The notes: generated by a model from the sequence alone, not told the origin. A stretch of DNA of 64,000 nt from Cetorhinus maximus (GCF_964194155.1 NC_135889.1:101122001-101186000); one strand, 5' to 3'. Shown: positions 13,261-26,245, numbered from the stretch's first letter. Translations and numbers: made by a program.

Positions 13261-15910
13261 CTAATCCCATTTTCCAGCGCTTGGCCCATAGCCCTGGAGG
13301 CTATAGCAATGCAAGTGAATAGCTAAATACTTCCTAAATGTTACGAGAGTTTCTGACCCAACCACCCTTTCAGGCAGAGTTCCAGAGTCCCACCCACCCT
13401 CTGGGTGAAAAAAATTCTCCTCAACTCCCCTCTTAGCCTTTTTACCTCTTATCTTAAATCTAATGGTTTTTGACCCCCCTACTAATGGAAAAAGTGCCTT
13501 CCTATTCACCCTATCTATGCCCCTCATAATCTTATACACCTCTATCAGGTCCCCTCTCAACCTTCGCTGCTCGAAGGAAAACAACCCCAGCCTATCCAAT
13601 CTTTCCTCAAAGCTCGGACCCTCCAGCCCAGGCAGCATCCTGGTAAATCTCCTCTGCACCCTCTCCAGTGAAATCACATCCTCCCTATAATGTGCTGACC
13701 AGAACTGCATGCAATACTCCAGTTGTGGCCTAACCAGCGTTTTATACAGTTCCAGCATAACCTCCCTCCTCTTGTATTCTATGCCTGAGCTAATTAAGGC
13801 AGGTATCCCATATGCCTTCTTAACCAAATTATCTACCTGCCCTGCTACCTTCAGGGATCTGTGGATATGCACACCAAGGCCCCTCTGATCTTCTGTGCTT
13901 TCCAGGGTCCTACTATTCATAGCGTAATCCCTTGCCTTGTTAGCCCTTCCCATGTGCATTACACCACACTTTTCCGGCATGAATTCCATTTGCCGCTGCT
14001 CTGCCCACCTGACAAGTCTATTGATATCCTTCTGCAGTTTACAGCTATCCTCCTCACTATTTACCACCCTACCAATTTCCGTGTCATCCACGAATTTCTT
14101 GATCATACCCTCCGCATTTCAGTCCAAATTATTTACATACACCACAAACAGCAAGGGCCCCAGCACCGAGCCCTGCGGAACCCCACTGGAACAGACGTCC
14201 AGTCACAGAAACATCCCTCTGCCAGCACCCTCTGCTTCCTACCTCTCAGCCAATTTTGGATCCAATGTGCCACTTTGCCTTGGATCCCATGGGCTCTTAC
14301 TTTATTGACCAGTCTGCCATGAGAGGCTTTATCAAAAGCCTTGCTAAAGTCCATGTAGACCACATCAAATGCATTACCCTCGTCGACACTCCTGGTTACC
14401 TCCTCAAAAAATTCCATCAAATTTGTCAAACACAACCTTCCCTTAACAAATCCATGTTGACTATCCCTGATTAATCCATGTCTCTCCAAGTGCAGATATC
14501 TTCTGTCCCTCAGAATTCTTTCTAGTAACACCCCCACCACCGAGGTTAGACTGACTGGCCAATAGTTTCCTGGCCTATCCCTTCCTCTCTTTTTTAATAA
14601 TGGGACAATGTTAGCAGTCCTCCAATCCTGTGGTGCCTCAACTGTGGCCAAAGATGATTTGAAAATTACTGCCAGGTTCCCTGATATCTCTTCCCTTGCC
14701 TCCCTCAACACCCTGGGATGCATCTCATCCAGGTGTGCAGATTTATCCACTTTTAAGGCCGCTAAACCCGCTAGTACCTCTCCTCTCTCTATATTTCCTC
14801 CAATATTTCACAGTCCTCCATCCTGATGTCTATACCTGTGTCACCCTTTTCCATTGTGAAAACCGACACAAAATATTCGTCGAGTACTATACCCACATCC
14901 TCCGGGCCCACACACACATTATCTCTATGGTCCCTAGTTGGCCCTACTCTTTCCCTAGTTATCCTCTTGCTCTTTATATATTTAAAAAACCCCTTTGGGT
15001 TTTCTTTATTCAACCCACCAATGCTTTCTCATGCACTCTCTTAGCTTTCCTAATTTCCTTTTTAAGCTCCCCCCTGCACTTTTGTACTCCTCTGGGGACT
15101 CTGTCGTATTGAGTCCTCGGTCTCTGCCATAAGCTTCTCTTTTTTTCCTTATTCCTAACCTTTATGTCTCTTGACATCCTTGGTTCTCCAGACTTGGTCC
15201 CTCTCTTTATCTTTACAGGAACATATTTGCTCTGTACTCTCACTATTTCCTCCTTAAATGCCTCCCACTGCTCTGACACAGTTTTATCTGCAAGTAGCTG
15301 CTCACGGTCCACTTGGGCCAAATTGTATCTCACCTCAGTAAAATTAGCCTTTCCCCAGTTTAGAACTTTTATTCCCGGCCCAACCTTATCCTTTCTCATA
15401 ATTATCCTAAATCTAAATGACTAATGGTCACTATCTCCAAAATGCTCCTCTACTGATACGCCTTCCATCTACCTGGGCTCATTTCCGAATATTAGGTCCA
15501 GAACTGCCCCCTCCCTTGTTGGGTTTTCTACGTACTGGCTATAAAAGTTCTCTTGGATGCAACTTAAGAATTTTGCTCCCTCCCTACCTCGCACACTAAA
15601 ACTATCCCAGTTAATATTTGGGTAGTTAAAATCCTCTATTATTACTGCCTTATAATTCTTACACTTCTCTGAAAATTGATTGCATATTTGATCCCCTATC
15701 TCTCCCTGACTGTTTGGGGGGCTATAGTACACCCAACAGCGTGTTTGCCACTTTTATGTTTTTTACTTTTACCCATATGGCCTCTTTTGATGAGTCTTCC
15801 AAGATATCATCCCTACTCACTGCTATAGGTGATTCCTTGATCAATATTGCGATCCCCCCTCCTCTTCTATCCCCCTCTCTATCTTGTCTGAACACCCTAT
15901 AATCAGGAAT
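13261..15910 (-). pseudogene. CR1 ORF2 (APE endonuclease plus reverse transcriptase), frameshifted
   Basis: ORF fragments YYSPPNS..IIEDFNYPNINW..PTREGAVLDLIF (EN); PGNYWPVSLTS, SQHGFVKGR, VYMDFSKAFDK, KFVDDT (RT); LYKTLVRPQLEYC, LERVQRRFTRM (C-terminal part). Confidence 0.92.
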
Positions 15911-16202
15911 GTTGAGCTGCCAATCCTACCCTTCTTTTAGCCAAGTCTCAGTCATAGTTATGATATCATACTCCCACGTGCCTGTCTGTACCCTCAGCTC
16001 GTCTGTCTTATTCCTCAGGCTCCTTGCATTAAAATATATTCCATTTAGCCTTGCTAAACTCATTTCTTTCTTATCTATCTTATCTTATCTAGCCTATCTT
16101 TCCTCTGCCTTCCAGGCTCACTTAATAGTGTTTTAACTTCTAATTCCATCTCAGCTTCTCTCCCCTCTGAGCTACTTTTCAGAACCTCAACCCCCTGCCA
16201 AT

Positions 16203-17135
16203 TTAGTTTAAATCTGCCCCAACAGCATCAGCAAATCTCCCCGCAAGGATGTTGGTCATGTTCCTGTTCAGATGTAACACGTCCAACCTGTACAGGTCCC
16301 ACCTCCCCCAGAAATGGTCCCAATCCCCCAGGAATATAAAGCACTCCCTCCTGCACCATCTCTCCAGCCACGAATTCATCTGTTCTATCCTTCTGTTCCT
16401 ATACTCACTACTGTGTTGCAACTGTAGTATTTCGGAGATTACTACCTTTGAAGTCCAGCTTTTCAATTTCCTATCTAACCCCCTAAAGTCTGCTTGCAGG
16501 GCCTCATTTCTCTTTTTGCCTATGTCACTGGTCCCAGCATGGACCACGACCTCTTCAGAATGCCCTGCAGCCAATCCATGACATCCTTGATCCTGGCACC
16601 TGGGAAGCAACATACCATCCTGGAGTCATGTCTACAGCCGCAGAAGCGCCTGTCTACCCCCCTCACTAATAAATCCCCGACTTCTATTGCCATTCCACAC
16701 TTCTTCCTCCTCCTCCTGAGCAGCTGGACCACCCACAGTGCCATGGCCTCAGCTCTGGTTGGCCTCCATAGAGGAACTGTCACTGTCATCGTTTTCCAAG
16801 GCCGAAAAACAGTTTGTGGGCGAGATGAATTTGGTGGATTCCCTCACTACCTGCCTGGCCCCCTTCTTCTGTCTGTCAGTCATCCATTCCCTCTCTGCTT
16901 GTACTTCCTTAAGCTGCAGGGTGACCACGTCCTGAAACGTGTTATCCATGAACCGCTCAGCCTCGTGAAAGCACCATGGTGGCCACAGCTGCCGCTTAGG
17001 CTCCAAAACCCAGAGCTTGAGTTGCTCCAGTCGGAGGTACCTCCTGCAAACATGGTCATCCAGACCACCAGGAGCGTCTAGGATTTCCCACATAACACAG
17101 AATGTGCAAATCACGGGACTGAGCTCTCCAAACAT
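16203..17135 (-). pseudogene. CR1 ORF1 with N-terminal Cys-rich/zipper region and SGNH esterase-like domain, frameshifted
   Basis: PVICTFCVMWE..HVCRRYLRLEQL; VGDLLVRGVDRRFC..VCCFPGARIKD (GDS-like block); VVVHAGTSDIG; DVLHLN (DxxH block). Confidence 0.85.
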
Positions 17136-17224
17136 ATCTTAACCAAATAGAATATGAGCCCTTTTTACTCTTACTCCTACTTGAGTATGGGCCAAATGCT
17201 AGATCCTCAAGATAGACTAGATCT

Positions 17225-17510
17225 TCTAGGTGCTACTGACTGCCTATCCCAGGGTCCTCCTCTTGCATTCTCCTCTGGGTGCTGCTGACTGCCTATCCCA
17301 GGGTCCTCCTCTTACAATCTCCTCTAGGTGCTGCTGACTGCCTGTCACAGGGTCCTCCTCTTGCACTCTCCTCTAGGTGCTGCTGGCTGCCTGTCCTAGG
17401 GTCCTCCTCTTGCACTCTCCTCTAGATGCTACTGACTGCTTATCCCAGGGTCCTCCTCTTGCACTCTCCTCTAGGTGCTGCTGACTGGCTGTCATAGGGT
17501 CCTCCTCTTG
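17225..17510 (-). repeat. 49-bp tandem array (about 5.8 copies) at the CR1 5' end
   Basis: Unit TCTAGGTGCTGCTGACTGCCTGTCCCAGGGTCCTCCTCTTGCACTCTCC starts at 17225, 17274, 17323, 17372, 17421 and 17470. Confidence 0.95.
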
Positions 17511-17964
17511 AATGCAGTGCCCATTCATTGTGTGATAAAGAGTTTCCTGACATTTTTCCTATGTTTTTCTTTTTGTAAGCTTGAATCTATGTCTCCTTGA
17601 CCTAATATAATGATTTAATTTAAAGTCCTCTTTTGGGTTTATTTTCACTGTTTTGTATATCTCTAGAAGGTCATTTTAAGTACCTTGTATCAAAGTTCCA
17701 AAGCCTAAGGCCCAGATTTTCATCACGACAGAGAATCTCTCCATCATGACGAAAATATCGGAATAGCCGAAAATCCTAAGCCCTGCCCTTGAACATGGCA
17801 CTTTGCATTTTCACAGGGTGGGAAGGGGGGGGAGGGGTGCCTTACTTGCATACACATTTTACAAAGGTAGCTGTTTGTTGACATAAACCAAAGTACTATC
17901 ATTATAGTATTATTACTGCTTGACTACTTCCACAGCTTATCATTATCACAGTGGGGGACTATAT

Positions 17965-18220
17965 GTTTTGCCACTTAATCTCCCCTCACCTTTTAACCTG
18001 CCCCTGACCTTCCCTTTTGCTCCACCTAATCCTTCCTCCTTTTTAACACCATAAAACTCATCACATTTCTAACCTCTCTTCAGTTCTGAAGAAGAGTCAT
18101 AATAGACTCGAAATATTAACTCTGTTTCTCTCTTCACAGGTGCTGTCAAACCTGCTGAGTTTTTCCAGCATTTCCTGTTTTTATTTCAGATATTCAGCAT
18201 CTATGGTATTTTATGTTTGT
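17965..18220 (+). mobile_element. Penelope-like element 3' (pLTR) fragment
   Basis: Matches the 3' region of the Penelope remnant at 47480-47637 plus 49342-49410, e.g. CACAGGTGCTG..CCTGCTGAGTTTTTCCAGCATT. Confidence 0.7.
18081..18123 (+). ncRNA. Minimal hammerhead ribozyme motif (Penelope type)
   Basis: AGTT-CTGAAGA-A-GAGTC ataata GACTC-GAAA-TATT-AACT: CUGANGA and GAAA core, perfect 5-bp stem II, stem I AGTT/AACT. The CG of stem III has decayed. Confidence 0.65.
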
Positions 18221-18417
18221 ATTGCTATGCTGTAAGTTCAGTGTTTGATTGACAGAACCAAGAGGTTAGTGAGAGGTTAGCTGTCTGATATCTGACTATG
18301 AATACAAATGATTGTTTTTATGAAGGATTAAGTACTTGAGGGAATTTAAATGTACAGAATGGGTGTTTATCAACAAGTGTTTTTTTTTAATATAGTGAAG
18401 TCTATAATAGATAATTT

Positions 18418-19130
18418 GGGCTAGATTTTCATCTTCAAGGTGGATAGTGAGAGTCAGGAAATTTCCAGGGAAGAAAGTGCCTACAAAGGCGTGATTTTTA
18501 TTCTGGGTGGGATGGCGGGGGGAGGGGGGGAGGTAACTGGAATTGGGCCTGCCACCCCCAGCTGTTTGTGGGCAGCCACAGGGGCTGCTGGGTGCCAAGG
18601 CGGGCTGGTTAAAGGGCCCTTAATGTTCTGAGACTTCATTTCAGTTAAAATTAAAATAATAAGACAAATAACAGCCCTCTGGCCCTCACCCTTTACATTT
18701 CCTCAACCACACACACTCCACAAGCTTCACCCATGCCAACTCATGCCACCTCTTGCTCTCACCCACCGCCATGGGCACACATACCCTATGTGCAAGTCTA
18801 TGGCACTTGCATGCCCATTCACCCAGTATACCTTCTATACAGTACCACTGAGTCAAATATTAATAATAACATATATGAGAAAGCTTTAAAAATAGTCATT
18901 CATTCATTAAAAAAATGAGCCCTGTAAAAGTGTTAATCATCCAGGCCTTTTAAAGTATAAGCAGTAGAAACTGCAAGCACTTGAAACATCTCTTTCATAT
19001 GTAAGTAAACATTGTACAGTTTACAGAATAGGTCAGAGAGAAAGAACAATGTTTTCCCTGGAGCACAGCTGTTTCACCAGAGCAATGAATGCTTGTGCTC
19101 TAAGCCAAGCCTCATTATGATTCTTGTCAA
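18418..19130 (+). mobile_element. Half copy of the fold-back DNA element family (compare 47638-49341)
   Basis: Starts GGGCTAGATTTTCATC. Shares GAGTCAGGAAA, AGAAAGTGCC, AGCCCTCT, AAAAGTGTTAATCATC and AAGCCTCATTATG with the 47.6-kb element. Confidence 0.7.
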
Positions 19131-19194
19131 GTCTGCGGAGTGCGACTTAAACAACTTGCTGACTCAGAGGCAAGAGTACCTGTGTCATGCCTGA

Positions 19195-19420
19195 TGCCAA
19201 TAACCAGAAATAGATGCAGTACTCAAATGTGGTCTGACCAGAGAACAATAAAACTTAAATACGACTTCATCTGACCTATAGTCCACTCTTTTGCCTAGAT
19301 AGCGTTGCAAACCTTTGGTCTAGTTACTTGCTGCTCCATAATGATTGGGTCTGTTAAGTGTCAAGTCTGCCAAAACCTTTAGACCTCTTTTAACTTCACT
19401 TTTAGCTATTTTGACAAAAT
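19195..19420 (-). mobile_element. Old CR1 RT C-terminal fragment
   Basis: Reverse strand reads ..LVRPHLSTASISG (decayed [13 protein letters not shown]) at CCAGAAATAGATGCAGTACTCAAATGTGGTCTGACCAG. Confidence 0.5.
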
Positions 19421-20694
19421 TTTCTGTTCATGTTTCTTCTTATATGGTGCACATTAACTTGACCTGGACCTATACCCTATCTCTCACGAAAAAGTTTGTA
19501 AACACTTTTTAATGAAGACCATGATCCTTTTAAAGCAGAATGGTTTTGAACCAACACGGTTTTGCAATCCTTCAAGACCTTTGCCTCGACTGTGAATTGT
19601 TGACAAAGATTGTGAAGGGAAGTGGAATTGAAACCTTAATTTATAACCACTTTTCTGAGCATAGCGTCAAGAAGGAGCTTCAAGACATTGTTTGTCAACA
19701 AAATAAAACTGCCTCAGTCCCATTATCTACCAATGTCCATACAGGTATCCAAGGGGATTAGCACTAGAACAGCCTTTTAGGCAGCAAACCCATGGTACAT
19801 TCCGTGGCAACCTGATTTTTTTCTTCATTTATGTTTTTAATATTCCCTCATCTAAATGGGCCAAGTGAGCTGGCAGTGAGACGTATCTATGAATTCTAAT
19901 AGGTGAATATTTGTACAGTTAGTAGGAGCTAATGGGATCATTTTCATTCTGTTACAGTAAATCAACAGTTACAGAATTGCCATCTGTGGTTTTGGTAACC
20001 TGCATCAGATGTGAATTCTGTTACTGCAAGGTAGAGCAGCTTGTTTAATGATTCCTAATCTTTTTTTTAATTAAATCATTCAGTCAGCCTTACAAAATGT
20101 ATCTGAAAGCAGCCGCAAATTGCTGTTCTGAAGGTAGCAGCAGGATATTTAACTGGCATAGGTTGCAACTTCAAATGTAACAAAAATAATGAAACCATTT
20201 TTATAAAATACGCTGATTTATGTATCGGCCTACCTTCTTGTATGAATAATTAAGAAGTCACAGAAAATGTTAATTACTTACACTGATAAAAATAGTTAAT
20301 CAATGTTAACAGAAAAGTACTGGGAGAAGTTGTTCTAGAAAATGCACATGCTGGCTTTTACTTTCCACTGATATCAACTAAGAATTAGGACTTATCCCTA
20401 ACCCTTACTTGATGAGATTTACAATCCTTAGTTGTCGAGATATCTGCACCAGTTAAAAAAAAAATGCACTACGATATTCATTTGTAAACTTCTGAGACTT
20501 ATCAATTATTGGACATATGAAATGTAGTAGGCACAGGTAATGTTAGCCAAGATATGTTTCACATGAAGTAACAAATCCAAATTGACCTGAATCAGGTTGG
20601 TTTGGGTTAAAATTTATTTCAGGGAGACTTACATTCAAGGCGCAGACAGTGCAAGTTAAAAGAAAAAGTATCTGACAGCACTTGCAAAATAGCC

Positions 20695-21415
20695 GCTCCC
20701 AACCCATGACCTCTTCTACCTATAAAGGGAAGGGCAACAGACAGATTGGAACACCATCACCTCCAAATTTCCCTCCAAGCCACATACCATCCTGACTGGG
20801 ACCTATGTATAAGTGCCATCTGTGGCTCAGTTAGTAAGCTAACTCATCTCTTAGTCAGAAGGTTGTGGGTCTAGATCCTACTCCATGGACTTCAGCATAA
20901 ATATTTAGGCTGACATTTCATTGCAGTGAGGCGGTGTTGCAATGCCAGAGGTACCATCATTTGGGTGGGTTTTTTCAACAAATGCCCTTCCAGATTCCCA
21001 GGCACAATTCTGAAGAACAAGGGAGTTCTTTCCAATGTCATGGCCAATATTCACCCTGAGCAGACATCGCTAAAACAGATGATCTGATCATTTATCTCAT
21101 TGAAGATTCTGGGACATTGCTGTTGTGGCTCCCTAATTTACATCAATAAATATTTCATTGATCGTAAGGGCTTTGGGGCATCCCAAGGTTGTGAAAGGCA
21201 TTATATAAATGCGAGTTATTTCTTTTGATTGCTGTTCCTTCAACGTCGCTGGATCAAAATCTTGTGACTCTTGCCTAACAGCACTGTGGGAGTACCTTTA
21301 CCACAAAGGCTGTAGAGGCTCAAGACAACAGCTCACCACCACCTTCTCAACCAGAGTGGGGAAATAAGTGCTGGCCTTAGCAGCCATGCCCATTTTCTGA
21401 GAAGGAATGAAAAAA
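20695..21415 (+). mobile_element. 3' fragment of the 42.5-kb LINE family, split by a SINE
   Basis: GGAACACCATCACCTCCAAATTTCCCTCCAAGCCACATACCATCCTGACT and GCTCACCACCACCTTCTCAA match the reverse complement of 42570-42740. Confidence 0.7.
20815..21225 (+). mobile_element. Deu-domain tRNA SINE (SacSINE1-like)
   Basis: A-box TGGCTCAGTTAG, AGTCAGAAGGTTGTGGGT head, GAAGAACAAGGGAGTTC core, L2-like tail GGTTGTGAAAGGCATTATATAAATGCGAG. Confidence 0.75.
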
Positions 21416-21794
21416 AGACATATTGCTGGCTATTTCCTACGTACAATGGTAAAAACCATTTTTGCAGTGAGCATGTCTAGATAATCACAGCATGATCATT
21501 TCACAAATTTGAAACTGCAGACAATGCAAAATATTTTCTACTTTGTCATCACAAAAGTCAAATGCATTCATTGTTTTTTTTAAAAACTTAATTCTGATGT
21601 GGATTCCCCCACCTGAAATTTAAGTGCCTTTTCTCATCCAGATGCTGGCTGCCCTCCTGTGTATTTCCAACTTGTCCTGTTTAAATGCGTAAATAAACAG
21701 GGAACAAGTAATGCCTATCAAGTACGTTCCTTTGATAAGTCAGTTCGACCAACCTGATGCAAAACTCAGGTACAAAAAGATACTGTGCAAGGTC

Positions 21795-23580
21795 TGCCTA
21801 GTGCTGTTGGGAAGGATTTAAACTAAGTTGGCAAGGGAATAGGAACTAGGAGGTAGCCTTAGAGAGGAAAAAAAAGGTATATAATGAATTGGGAAAGACA
21901 GATAGTCCTCGAGTAAATAATAGTGAGGTATTAGGTGGGGTCAGAGTAAGAGGGAATGTGATAAGATCTAAATTAGGTTTACAGAACATGCATATGAATG
22001 CAGGGAGCATAGTAAATAAGGGTGGTAGCACAGATAGCCACATGGGAGTATGATGTCTTGATGATACCAGAGATTTGGACCTGGATTTTTGCAGAGCCAT
22101 GGAGACTCTGGGGCATATCTAAAACGGTAAAGGGCCCCATATCCAGAAGTTCCACCCCCCTTTCAACATAAACCATTTTGCCACTGGTGGTGGGGGTTTG
22201 GGGTTGGGGGTGGCGAAACGTGAATTCCACATATGGGAAACTTGAACTCAACAGAGCCATTCGAACTCAGTGCTGACCTCATTTTTGCTTCAGCAAGGTT
22301 CGTATCCTGCAGAGTGGGAGTAATGACTCTTTAGAGTAGTTGTAAATGCTGCTGAAGGGTGGATAAATTATGTAGAACTGTCAAGCTGACAAGTTATTTA
22401 AATAGCCACCCCTTTAAAAATTGAAAAGAAAAAAACAGCCTGTGTCTGTGAGAGTTGAACTTTCAATTGTTTCAATAGTTGTTTTTGACATAACCCTAAG
22501 TGCCATCATCATAGCATTATTAATGATTGGTTTCTTTCCACAACCTATCATTATCATAATAATGGGATTATAAATTCACAGTTTGATTGATAGCTCAAAG
22601 ATGTTATTAATGGATTACCTTTGCTGTGGGGTTATGAATAGAACTGTTAGTTTTGATAATTTGATGGATTAAGTACTAAAGGGGATTTAAATGTATTGAA
22701 AGAGCTATTATGAATGGGAGCTTTTTAATATATGTAGTGAAGGCCGTAATAGATATTTAGAGCTTTATTTTATTTCAACTCAACATGACTCCTGAGGGCT
22801 GCCCATGATGGATGAGTTGACATGGAGGGTGTAAGGGTAGTGGGTTCATGGGTTGGGACTAAGTTGGCATTGTCATATAAGGGGCCTTGCGGGTGAGTGG
22901 TTTGGCTTGAGTTGGCACTAAGCTGGCATAGAGGCTACAAAGAACCATGGGATGAGTTAGGTGCATGGGGAAGCATGAGTTGGCATGAGTTGGCATGGAG
23001 AATGGGAAGGGGTAAGGGCTAGAGGGCCTAAAACATAAGCAAACAACTTGGATGAAGTCCCAGAGAACTGAAGCAGGCCTGTTAAACAGCCCACCTTGGC
23101 ACTTAGCAACCCCTTGGGGCTCTATCTCCCAAGACGGGAAGCCAGGAAATTTACTGACTTCCAACACCAAACTCGGGATCAAAAGTCCAGGCCATGGTTC
23201 AAAAGAGGGGCCGGACTAGATATTAAATATTGCTGGATACAAGGTGTTCAGGAAAAATAGGGAAGGGAAGAAAGGAGGAGGGGCAGCAGTATAGATTGAG
23301 GAGAGCATTACTGGGCTAGAGAGAAAGGGTTCAAGGATAGAATCTATTTGGTTACAGCTAAAAAACAATAGAGGTACCATTTCACTACTAGGTGTATTGT
23401 GTAGGGCAGCAACATGGGAAAATTATAGAATGAAATGAAATGATAGATAAGTGCAAAAACTGTAGTGTATTTATAATGAAGGGCTTTAAATATCCTAAAG
23501 TAGACTGGAATAGTGAACATGTAAAGAGTAGAAAGGGAGGAAGAGTTTCTGAAGTGTGTTCAAAATAATTTTATTTGCCA
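21795..23580 (+). mobile_element. CR1 fragment (ORF1 end and ORF2 endonuclease) interrupted by a MITE
   Basis: MNAGSIVNK lies before the insertion. ILNIAGYKVFRKNREGKKGGGAAV and GFKYPKVDW lie after it. Confidence 0.75.
22078..23193. mobile_element. 1.1-kb non-autonomous Harbinger-type element related to the fold-back family
   Basis: TIRs GACCTGGATTTTTG / CAAAAGTCCAGGCC, flanks TTG/ATG. It cleanly interrupts the CR1 EN region. Confidence 0.75.
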
Positions 23581-25074
23581 GCAATCATGCCCAGCGTTTT
23601 AATAATGACAATTTTTAAAAAAAATCAGAACCTTTGTCCTCTAAAATAATTTTAACACATTGCTCTTGACATCTCGGACATATCCTCAAAAAGTTGATAA
23701 TATTAAACCTGAGATAAACCTTCATTTATCCAGCCACTGAATGGTGCAGTTATCAATTTAATTATTCTTCAAAGATTGTCTGAAGCTGAATTTTTTTTTC
23801 AAAAAATAGCACACTTTATGATGTGAAAGTGAGTCATCTTATGCAGTGCACAGTATACAACACTCCTGTATGGGCGAACAACAGGGGGTTCCGTACTCAA
23901 GAACCTTCTTAAAACTGGTTGGTGCTGTAGGGATGGTTTCTAGTGCCATTTCTTTTGGATTGAAATTAACCCAATTCAACTCATACAGACAAGACCTTGA
24001 ATTCTCTTGTAAATTTTTCTTTTTAAACCACAAAAAAGTTCCTTGGTAAACTTTCTGCAAAATACAGACAGTATTAATCTGCAGTTACACCATGATAATA
24101 ACCAGGAGAATATTCAATGACTCAAAATTCTGTAATACTTTTTAACAGACAGGATTATAAACTGCCTTCAAGTCACTAGCCAGTGCAGTGAAATAGCAGA
24201 AACCTTGGTAAGTACCAGTAAAATTCTTTTTAATACATAAAAATCAATGAAAAGCAGTTCAAGGCACATTTGAACCTAAGGGTTCAGGTGATCCCAGAAC
24301 TGAGTATGTTACCTGTAGAAGCTTAGTTCCCCTAGTTTCTAATGTTTCATGCCTGATTAAATAAGCCCTTCATTGCTCGATTCTCAATAAACAACATAGA
24401 AGTGGGCAAATAGTAACACATTGTTTTCAGGAATTGGAAATGAAGGGGTAAAAACTCAGGATTGTCACCAGTGGAATAAAAGGGCAAGTCAAAGAATACT
24501 TTCACACAAGTTCTCATCAGGAGTTATTATGGATAAGAAAATCAAGCAAGGTACAAAACCAGCTACCAATTCACTGACATTTTTTCACCCAGTGAACATT
24601 TCTTCCATAGCCTTAACAGAGAATGGCATGGACTAAAGAGCATTCCATAGATACGATTTAGGTTGACTATGGAAAAAGGACAAAGAACAATCCGGAGTAA
24701 GGATAATTAACTGGGGGGAAACCCAACTTCAACGGGTAAGAATGGATCTGAGCCAGATAAACTGGGATCAAAGTTCGGCAAGCATAACTAACTGAGCAGT
24801 CCCATTGGACAATGGGCAAGGTTAAGGTATATTCCAATGAAGGGGAAAAGTAAGGCAAACAAATCCAGAGTTCCCTGGATGATAAAAGAGATGGAGATTA
24901 AGATGAAGCAGAAAAAGTTTGCTTATGACAGATGTCAGGTGGATAATACAACCAAGAATTAGGATAACTGAAACGGCAGTAAAAGGAAGAGTGGAGCCAA
25001 TTGGGGATCAAAATGGGAGGCATGGAGGCAGGGGCTTTCCTGAGTTATTAAGTGAATACAACCATCCATACAAA

Positions 25075-26245
25075 AGTAGAAATATCTGAATTGGGAGCAG
25101 GAGAAGGCCATTTGGCCTCTCGAATCTGCTCCATCATTCAACAAAATCATGGCTAATCTGATTGTGGCCTCAACACCACTTTCCTGTCTACCCCCTATGA
25201 CTCCCTTGTTAGTCAAGAATATATCTACCTCTGCCTTAAAAATATTCAATGAACCTGCCTCCAGCACTGTCTGGGGAAAAGAGTTCCACAGATTCATTTC
25301 TGTTTTAAATGGGAGACCCCTTATGTTGAAACTGTGTTCCCTAGTTCTGGTCTCTCCCACACGGGAAATATCCTCTCAGCATGCACCCTATCAAGTCCCC
25401 TCAGGATCTTTTATGTTTCGATAAGATCATCTCTCAATCTTCTAAACTCCAATACAGGCTCAACCTGTCCAACTGTTCCTCATAAGGTCACCCCCTCATC
25501 CCAGGATTCAATCAAGTGAACCTTCTCTGAACTTCTTCTAATGCAATTATGTCCTTTCCTAAACAAGGAGACCAAAACTGTACACAGTACTCTAGATGTG
25601 TTCTCACTATTGGCCTGTACAACATCCCTGTTTTTATATTCCACTCCCCTTGCAATAAACAACACTATTCCATTTGCCTTCCTAATCACTTGCTGTACCT
25701 GCATGCTAACTTTTACTTTTTATTATTCATGTATCAGGACATTCAGATCTCTCCGTACCTCAGAGTTCTGCAATCCCTCTCCATTTAGATAAAATGCTGT
25801 TTTTCTATTTTCCCTGCCAAAGTGGACAAGCTCACATTTTCCCACATTATACTCCATTTGCCAATTTTTTGCCCACTAACTTAACCTATTCCATGTCCCT
25901 TTTCAGACTCCCCATGCCCTCTTCACAATTTATTTTCCTACCTATCTTTGTGTCATCAGAAAATTTAGCAACTATACATTTGGCCCCTTCATCTAAGTCA
26001 CTGATATAGATTGCAAATAGTTGAGGCCCCAGCACATGTTCCAACATTTGCGGGTGGAAGCAGACACCTCGGCCGCTTCCGGGCCCACTGATCATGCATG
26101 CCCAAAATGTACTCCACTCGTTATATCCTACCAACCTGAAAATGACCTATATATGCCTACTCAGTTTCCTGTTAGCTAACCAATCCTCCATCCTTGATAA
26201 TATGATACCCCTTACACCATGAGCTAATTTTGTGAAGTAACATTT
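25075..26245 (-). mobile_element. Antisense CR1 3' half (RT C-terminus and 3'UTR) nested in the plus-strand CR1
   Basis: VLGPQLFAIYISDLDEGAKCIVAKFSDDTKIG; QVQQVIRKANG; reversed tail GGAGCAGGAGAAGGCCATTTGGCC. Confidence 0.85.

Larger units (their letters stand above)
13180..17510 (-). mobile_element. Near full-length, inactivated CR1 LINE
   Basis: Order on the minus strand is 5' tandem array, ORF1, ORF2 (EN then RT), 3'UTR ending in a (TCTATGAG)n-like tail at about 13180. Confidence 0.92.

Noticed and set aside
13261-14106. 281-aa ORF as a functional gene
   Set aside because: It is the C-terminal piece of a frameshifted CR1 ORF2. The overlapping plus-strand ORFs are antisense shadows.
17225-17510. 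Regular repeats resembling a CRISPR array
   Set aside because: Units are contiguous 49-mers with no unique spacers, in a eukaryotic retrotransposon context. The same applies to the 160-bp triplication at 10553.
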